Part shown: positions 57,108-64,000 of the stretch, piece after piece
How the letters are laid out: each line of letters opens with the position of its first letter
Position numbering within the stretch: the stretch's first letter is position 1
NCBI GenBank assembly: GCA_043228905.1
Contig: JBHGNT010000017.1
Location: 14,756,001 to 14,820,000 of the forward strand
DNA length: 64,000 bases
Reading direction: 5' to 3'
Origin: Azolla caroliniana
Lineage: Eukaryota > Plantae > Polypodiophyta
Translations under genes and position numbers: made by a program
Notes under the pieces: model-generated
Database searches by the model: none
The model's input: the letters and a program-made list of their open reading frames with translations, nothing else
What the model was told of the DNA's origin: nothing

Positions 57108-57150
57108 TGACGGCTGTATTTGACGCTGACTACAAAACCCCACGTTGACG
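57108..57150 (+). promoter_or_regulatory. as-1-like TGACG pair plus an extra TGACG upstream of PR-1
   Basis: TGACG-N8-TGACG at 57108-57125 and TTGACG at ~57145. Equivalent TGACG-N8-TGATG in the minus-strand copies (~54501-54518, ~62334-62351). Confidence 0.5.
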
Positions 57151-57289
57151 TTGATGTTTCTCATTCATTCACTCCTGAGTTATTAGCTGCGGCTGCTGTT
57201 TCTTATCCCTTTGTCTTTGTCCCTATTTGCTCTTCTTCACATCATAACATCAGCAGCAGCAGCAACTACAATTCATCTACTACCATAAT

Positions 57290-57847
57290 ATGGCTTCCAC
57301 TACTGCTTCAGCTTCTCATCCATGTTTATACCGCTCATTCATCATGATCATGATGCTAGTGGAGTGCTTATTGATACCCTACAATGCTATAATTTTCATG
57401 CCTGCAAGTGCACAAACCGACAATGGCTTCATTGCTTCATTCCTTCAGCCACATAATAATGCTCGGGCCGCCGTAGGTGTGGCACCAATCTCTTGGGACC
57501 AAAACTTGGCCAACTACGCTGCGAGCTATGCCGCCCAGGATGCTGCCCAACGCCAGTGCCAACTCGTGCACTCAGGTGGCCCGTATGGCGAGAATCTCTT
57601 TTGGGGTAGCGGAAAAACTTACACTGGTACAGATGCTGTAATGTCATGGGTGGCCGAGTCGGGGAGCTATGATTATCAATCCAACAAATGCACTAGCAAT
57701 GAAATGTGTGGCCACTACACGCAGGTGGTGTGGAGTAGATCCACTGCTGTTGGTTGTGCATTACAGGCATGTCCCGATGGCCGTTCCACCTTCGTAATCT
57801 GCAGCTACAATCCCCCTGGAAACTACCTGAATCAACGCCCATACTAA
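57290..57847 (+). CDS. PR1: Pathogenesis-related protein 1, divergent partner
   Basis: Same CAP motifs; intact 185-aa ORF. Confidence 0.96.
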   Translation: MASTTASASHPCLYRSFIMIMMLVECLLIPYNAIIFMPASAQTDNGFIASFLQPHNNARAAVGVAPISWDQNLANYAASYAAQDAAQRQCQLVHSGGPYGENLFWGSGKTYTGTDAVMSWVAESGSYDYQSNKCTSNEMCGHYTQVVWSRSTAVGCALQACPDGRSTFVICSYNPPGNYLNQRPY

Positions 57848-58369
57848 CTAATTAAATTTTTTTGTAACCCTTGATCACATTGGATTCCAATGAATAAAGT
57901 CAGATGCCTATCATCTTTAAATAAATAATTAGATGCCTACTATATTTATGTAATTGAATTGACACACGTCCATTTCTAAGAAAACTCTCGATTTCAGTAT
58001 AACCTTCCTTATCAAATTGCAATAGTAGTCGTGAAAGCAATCGTTTAACGATCGACCAATCTATTTCTAATAAATTGGTTAACATTTTTAATAATGACAA
58101 AAGGGTCGAAAATTTCCCTACTTCCAGCATTTGATGGAAACATAAACAAGAATTAACATGCCCGAAGTCACAGGAACCGGCCGAGATCTAAAGGAGCATC
58201 AAGAACCGTGTTTACTTTGCTCTGCAACCTAGGCCTTGCACACTATGAATAAATAAAAAGCAAGCCATTATGTTTTAGATCTCTGAAACCATTGTCTTTA
58301 CATGTGCATTAGAAAGTCATAAGTACAAATCAAATATGTAAAGGCTGATGAAAACTGGTAACCTTATGG

Positions 58370-59299
58370 TTTATAAGCTGAAGATTGATGTTGAAGTATA
58401 ATCAGATAGTTCTAATGTCACATTCACTGTAACAAACATCCAGATGTTTTCGAGTTTGAGATAATTAGACTAACAGTTTAACTAGCTCTTTTTGACAATC
58501 CAAGGGTTGAAAACAGTATAAGAGCTTGCAAATTTTATTGACAGAAACAAGAAATTACTTGCTAAAGCATAATGTGAAGGAATTGCCTTTATATGTCCAT
58601 TAGGAATGATAGTATCACTTGATGATGCAATATAAATTCTTCTGATCAATCTCGCTTTCATTTTTCATTTCCAGTTATGACCTCAAGGCCATAATCAAGG
58701 AATCCCTCCGCGAAGACACAGGAGGAATAGATAAGCAGAATCCATGTTTATATCTATAGAACCATACATGTCTATTTATATGTTGACGTATCAATGCTGA
58801 AGCAAGCAGTCAAACTTGTTGATGGGCAAGTTGAAACAGAGGTATTGGGTTCAGTTCATCTAATATAGGTGCGATCACCTCCTTAAGGCTTAATGCTTGT
58901 CAACCCAATATCTCAATGTAGTTAGGAAGTCATGAATATAGCTAAAGAGAGTTTGCATCATTGCATTAACTGAACTACATTGGGATCAATGTCTGGTTTG
59001 CTTGGAAAGTGCACAGAGTTCTTGGAAAACGTTAGGAAGTGATCCATATTGCATGGCATATCTCATTGGGTGTAGTAGCATACATATATACCATATTTCA
59101 GCTGGAATGAAAACATGAAATAAAATGGGATGCCACACCCTACACTGCCAAGTAACTGGCAGTCAAGAGACTATTTGTTCATCAAAACTTATATATGTAA
59201 CTCTTTGTATCATTTGTTGCAAAACGTTCAGGCTTCTGGCAATGTAACATTAGAGACTGTTGAAAAACATGGAGCAACAGGTGTCACCTTCATTTCAAG
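58370..59299 (+). pseudogene. QPT: Scrambled quinolinate phosphoribosyltransferase (QPT/NadC) exon fragments
   Basis: ag|YDLKAIIKESLREDTGG (58675-58730), VDVSMLKQAVKLVDGQVETE|gt (58782-58841), ag|ASGNVTLETVEKHGATGVTFISS|gt (59232-59299). Weaker pieces KLKIDVE (~58374) and PHPT (~59133). Confidence 0.82.
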
Positions 59300-59902
59300 G
59301 TAATTCATTTGTTTTTTAACTTCAAATATTTAATTTTAGCTGTGGGCAGGCTTACAAAAAGAGTGTGATGTAATAGGATGTTTAAAGGAGATGTGAAGTT
59401 CTGTGTGCAATTTGCTCTTCAAGTTATCTCTATGAGGAATAAATTTTCTCTTATTATCCCATGCATATATATATATATATATATAATGGAACCAATCTGT
59501 TTGTACATTCGAACTAATGTTCCCCTCATGCTCTGCGCCTCTGCCTCTCTCATCTCTCTGGGAGAGGAACAGAGCCTTTTGCCCTGTCACGCTGAGAAAC
59601 ACTCATTGTAGACAATGCAACTAAAGATCCCCTCCATCTTCTTGTTGAATGATTCGTTGCCTGCTTCACATTTTTGATTGTTGATCAGCAATGCATCGAA
59701 AAAATAGACTTACATTATTACTTCAATGTGATATCAGTAGCAGGAGGTTGTGTAAGGAAGGAAAAAAAAACACTCAATAGCAGAGCTTTCCCTCTCTTTA
59801 CTTCCTTCCTATATTTAATGTGTCAATTATTCTCTAGGACCTGATTTTGAATCTTGAGGGCATGCGTTTTGATGTGTTAGAGAGTCTTTCTTCATCATCA
59901 GC

Positions 59903-60529
59903 AGGGAATCCAGAATGGATCAACATGTAGGTCATGGGAACAGATTGGGAAGGGGTCCTCTTGGCCCAGCTATCCTTCTGTACCACAAACTTGAAGGTAA
60001 AAAGTAAGCAAAATTGATCCTAAGAACTTATATTACATCATCAAGAATCATGTATAAGCATCATAAAAAGTTATTCCTTAATCAAATGACTACATTATGG
60101 ATTATGGTTACAAGCCTCACTGTGCAATGACGCTGTATTGTTACGAAAGTATATATGGGTAACAATAGTAGCATGTATAATCATGTGATACAATCATTGC
60201 TAATGGACACAAAAAGGCAATTATTCCGCATTGTGCTTTAGCAAATAATGTGTCTTGTTTCTATCAAGAATTTATATATATATATGGTCTATGGCAGGTT
60301 CTTGGTAAACCAAATTATAAGTGTGTGGAGTTGCGTGCAGACATCCCATATGGTTTCAATTCCGACGTATGGTCCCTAGGTAAGTGAAACATCTTTGTTT
60401 TCTTCTTCTTCTACTTCAAAAGTTAGGCTCTCTTCTATATATGGAGATGAAGTATTGGCATTTGTCTTGTTTTTCCCAAGCTGGTGTTTATTTGAAATGG
60501 CTGCCCACTGGCCTACATTGGAAGCTTTT
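59903..60529 (+). pseudogene. NEK: NEK kinase pseudogene fragment, copy 2
   Basis: Start codon mutated to AGG; ESRMDQH...AILLYHKLEGKK|gtaag; [28 protein letters not shown]|gtaag; CLFEMAAHWPTLEAF|gtaag. Confidence 0.88.
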
Positions 60530-61556
60530 GTAAGTAATGTATTTAACATTAGACCCATCTGATTATACTGTCTAAAGGTCTAATAAAGTAAGAGTAACTA
60601 AGACAAGGGAAGAGTGGCATGGTAGCTTAACTTTGTAGTTGTTTAGTATGTAGGCAATATCCAATAGTTGTAAGGATCTAAGAAACAAAGTAAGAATATT
60701 GGAGATGTAATGAAGTAACTATCAAAGAGACAAGATTGGCGGAGATGTAAGGAAATTAACGTTCAAAGAGATGAGACTTCAATTTTATAATAATGGGTGT
60801 GGCAATAGCATACCATGCATTTCATGGTGTCCTTCGTTATGAAAATGCGATCATAGAAAGAGAGGTTAAGTATTTTGCACAATCCTCTATTGGTTTCTAC
60901 GACATTTGGGCTTGTTCTCACTTGGGTCTTTATGCTTATATGGATTTTTGCCATTGGGCACAAGATGCCTTTGGTTCCTATTATTCTGGGGTATGTTTAC
61001 CACTCATACCCAAAAATCTCATGTTAATATGTCCAGTCAATTCTTGTTTATGTTTCCAAGCAATGCTAGAATTTTTGGAGGATTCGCGCAACGCATGAGA
61101 AATGCTAAACTATTGATTTGTAATCAATGTATCAGTGATTCTTAAATGATTCCTTTCATGACAACTATTGCTATGGACATACACTTGATAACATGGATCA
61201 AGGTCTTGGTTAGTTTTTGTGATAGTGATAATGAGCTAGATGGATGATGAAGAATTTGTGGCCGTAAGTACTAGATAGACGTTAATGTTGAAGGGTCGCA
61301 CAATCAAAGTCTCTTGCTTCATGCCCTTTGAGATGTCAACTAACTTTTATGTTGTTGATATGAGTAGGAACACGGGCGGCCAGAAGTCCAAATCATTAAA
61401 AAGTAATGTGAGGTAGATAGATTTAGCATTATAAAAAGTTATATAAAAATCTAAAGTTTTATTAGAAATGGGTATGTGCCTATTCAATTACATCAAATCA
61501 CAGACATTTTATTATTCATTGGAATCCAAAGTGATCAAGGGTTACAAAAATTTACA

Positions 61557-62144
61557 TTAGTATGGGCGTTGATTCAGGTAGTTTCCTGGGGGATTGTAGC
61601 TGCAGATGATGAAGGTGGAACGGCCATCTGGGCATGCTTGCACTGCACAACCAACGGCGGTGGATCTACTCCACACCACCTGTGTATAGTGGCCACACAT
61701 TGCATTGCGAATGCATTTGTTGGATTGATAATCGTAGCTCCTCGACTCGGCCACCCATGCCATTACAGCATCTATACCAGTGTAAGTTTTTCCGCTACCC
61801 CAGAAGAGATTCTCGCCATATGGGCCACCTGAGTGCACAAGCTGGCACTGGCGTTGGGTAGCATCTTGGGCGGCATAACTCGCAGCGTAGTTGGCCAAGT
61901 TTTGGTCCCAAGAGATTGGTGCCACACCTACGGCGGCCCGAGCATTATTATGCGGTTGAAGGAATGAAGCAATGAAGGCATTGTTGGTCTGTGCACCTAC
62001 AGGCATGAAAAATAGATAGGGTATTGATAAACACTCCACTAGCATCATGATTATGATGAATGAGCGGTGTAAGCATAGATGAGAAGATGAAGAGCATTGA
62101 ATGGAACCTAGAGGAGGTGTAGTAGTAGTAGTAGTGGAAGCCAT
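61557..62144 (-). CDS. PR1: Pathogenesis-related protein 1, tandem duplicate of 53755-54345
   Basis: Intact 195-aa ORF with only a few amino-acid differences from the first copy. Confidence 0.96.
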   Translation of the reverse strand: MASTTTTTTPPLGSIQCSSSSHLCLHRSFIIIMMLVECLSIPYLFFMPVGAQTNNAFIASFLQPHNNARAAVGVAPISWDQNLANYAASYAAQDATQRQCQLVHSGGPYGENLFWGSGKTYTGIDAVMAWVAESRSYDYQSNKCIRNAMCGHYTQVVWSRSTAVGCAVQACPDGRSTFIICSYNPPGNYLNQRPY

Positions 62145-63025
62145 GTTGTGGTAGCAAATGAATGGGATGAATTGCTACTTCTGCTGCTGCTGTTATGATG
62201 TGATGAAAAGCCAAACAAATAGTGAGAGATACAGAGAGACAAATAGTGAGAGAGATAGAGAGAGATAGCAGCAGCAGTAGCACGAGGAGACTGAATGAGA
62301 AACACGAGTGTCAACGTCAGTTTTTGTAGTCAGCATCACAGGCAGCCGTCAGCTGGGGGTTTGACATCTACAATAATTGCAATAACAGAATTAACGGTAT
62401 CATAGTACATAACGTCATGTTATCCATCTTAACGTTCACTTATCACATTTTCACTTATAACATTTTTCTCTCCATAAGCATTATAATTTACCCTCCTCCA
62501 TTATCACATTTTCCCTTTATTTCTACCCTTGAGGAGAAGAATTGTTTAATTGGGCACTCGGTTTTTTTTTTCCCCATAAAAAATATCAATGAATATTGCA
62601 TGTGAATGTGGTTGCATCAGGTTGTAGACCTGATTTCAGCATACATTTGAAATTAACCGGGCACGAGTTCCTTGAGTGTTACGGATAATTGCTGGAACCA
62701 CTCATATGATCTGAAAAGGCTTTAGAGGTGGTGGTAATTGCTTCAATTTAGGGAGTTAGAGCCTTGCTTTGAGTACTTATTCCGCTAGAATATAGTTACC
62801 CAATGTCTAGTTGCAAGCTCTCCCCATTGGGTCTTGGAACCTTCATTCTCTTTCCAATGTTCTGACCTCAATATATTCAATGATCATCACTGGGTGCCTG
62901 ATGCGTTCTAGTCATATTATGAACCGTACGTACTATACGGCATTCACATTTGAGCATGTTTCGAGCGAGTATGGTAAACACCCTCAAAGCATGGTAAATA
63001 CCATACTTTTGTGTTCATTATTTGT

Positions 63026-63090
63026 TATAAGGTAAAACATTTTTATAAGGTAAAACATTTTTATAAGGTAAAACATTTTTATAAGGTAAG
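63026..63090. repeat. 18-bp tandem repeat, ~3.5 copies
   Basis: Unit ttataaggtaaaacattt. Confidence 0.9.
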
Positions 63091-64000
63091 AAAGTTAAGG
63101 TAAAAAATGTCAAAAAAAACAAGTATGTTTTCATAACATACACAATCGTTTGCAAACGTATGAAAAAGACTGTTTGTGAATGCATTTGAGTATGTTACAT
63201 ACTATGGTCCTAGTCTTCCAACTCCACATGGTTGTCAGCATTTCTAATGCTTAAGTTTGTAATCTCCATTGTCTTCCATCGCACATGGGATGATTTTTAT
63301 AACGATCTTCAGGAATCATTGGTTATTATGGACGCTTGTATACACTTACTTTCCATTCCTTTCACTCTAAGAGCAAAGGTAAAGAGTTGACAAAACCTAT
63401 ATTGAGGCCTTGAAATTCTCCCTATTTTATTTTGCTACTCGAGATTACAGCATGGAATGGGTTATTACTGACACTCTTGTTCATCGAATATTCTAAGGTG
63501 AATGACACCATTTGAGGCTGAAGAACAATGCGAAGAGAATGAGTGTCCTAAAAAATGAATTTGATGGGAGTTACAACCGCACTGATTGAATATATTGTAA
63601 TGGAATAAGTACTCAATGTAGGGTAACAAAAACCTAGCGCAAGGATGAACCTCCATGAAATGCAACATCTACGTTGCGTTGAGAAATGTAAGTCAATAAC
63701 ATAAACGACATGAACCACTTAAACCGTAGGAATGGTGATGGGAATGGCAATTCATATATGATCAGTTCATGTAGAGAGGTAATTTTACAAGTGGATATCA
63801 AATAAAGAAAAATCTCACAATTTCTTTCCCTTTGGGGGTATGACTGAGAAATAAAGGGAAATTGTAAAAACGGAGGAGGGTAAACTGTAATAATTCTAAA
63901 CAAGTGAATCTGGGTATTATGAACGGTAGGATGGATAACACAACATACTATAAGACCGTTAATTCTTTTACTACAGTTATTGTAGATGTCAAACCCCCCC

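Larger units (their letters stand above)
59480..64000. repeat. Second copy of the ~9-kb tandem segmental duplication (copy 1 ~50470-59470), running off the window
   Basis: Colinear matches 59560-60570~50615-51640, 60570-62560~52990-54730, 63200-63480~55160-55520 and 63505-64000~56418-57092. Confidence 0.9.

Overview
Eukaryotic, AT-rich plant nuclear DNA. A fern or other seed-free land plant is my inference from the Tcn1-like chromoviruses and a GIY-YIG-fused NFU gene. The first ~30 kb is a transposon nest: a young, complete Ty3/gypsy chromovirus (2995-8537, minus) inside an older one, older gypsy debris, hAT MITEs with 8-bp TSDs, a truncated L1 LINE, a decayed hAT transposase and a short-LTR gypsy with a tRNA-Ala PBS. 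30-47 kb holds three intact spliced genes: mitochondrial HSP60 (+), a plastid GIY-YIG/NFU Fe-S carrier (-) and a METTL21-like methyltransferase (-). 50-64 kb is a tandemly duplicated ~9-kb unit carrying head-to-head PR-1 genes among NEK-kinase and scrambled QPRTase fragments. The most unusual observations are (1) a 2.44-kb non-coding element with one LTR, two U5-type ends in inverted orientation, a 5-bp TSD and a 23-copy internal array; (2) tRNA-like A/B-box modules at the U3 tip of three LTR families; (3) a clear Tf1-style self-priming signature; and (4) a 1.07-kb near-perfect hairpin whose left arm is bounded by a 9-bp direct repeat. All calls are by eye; no database searches were run.
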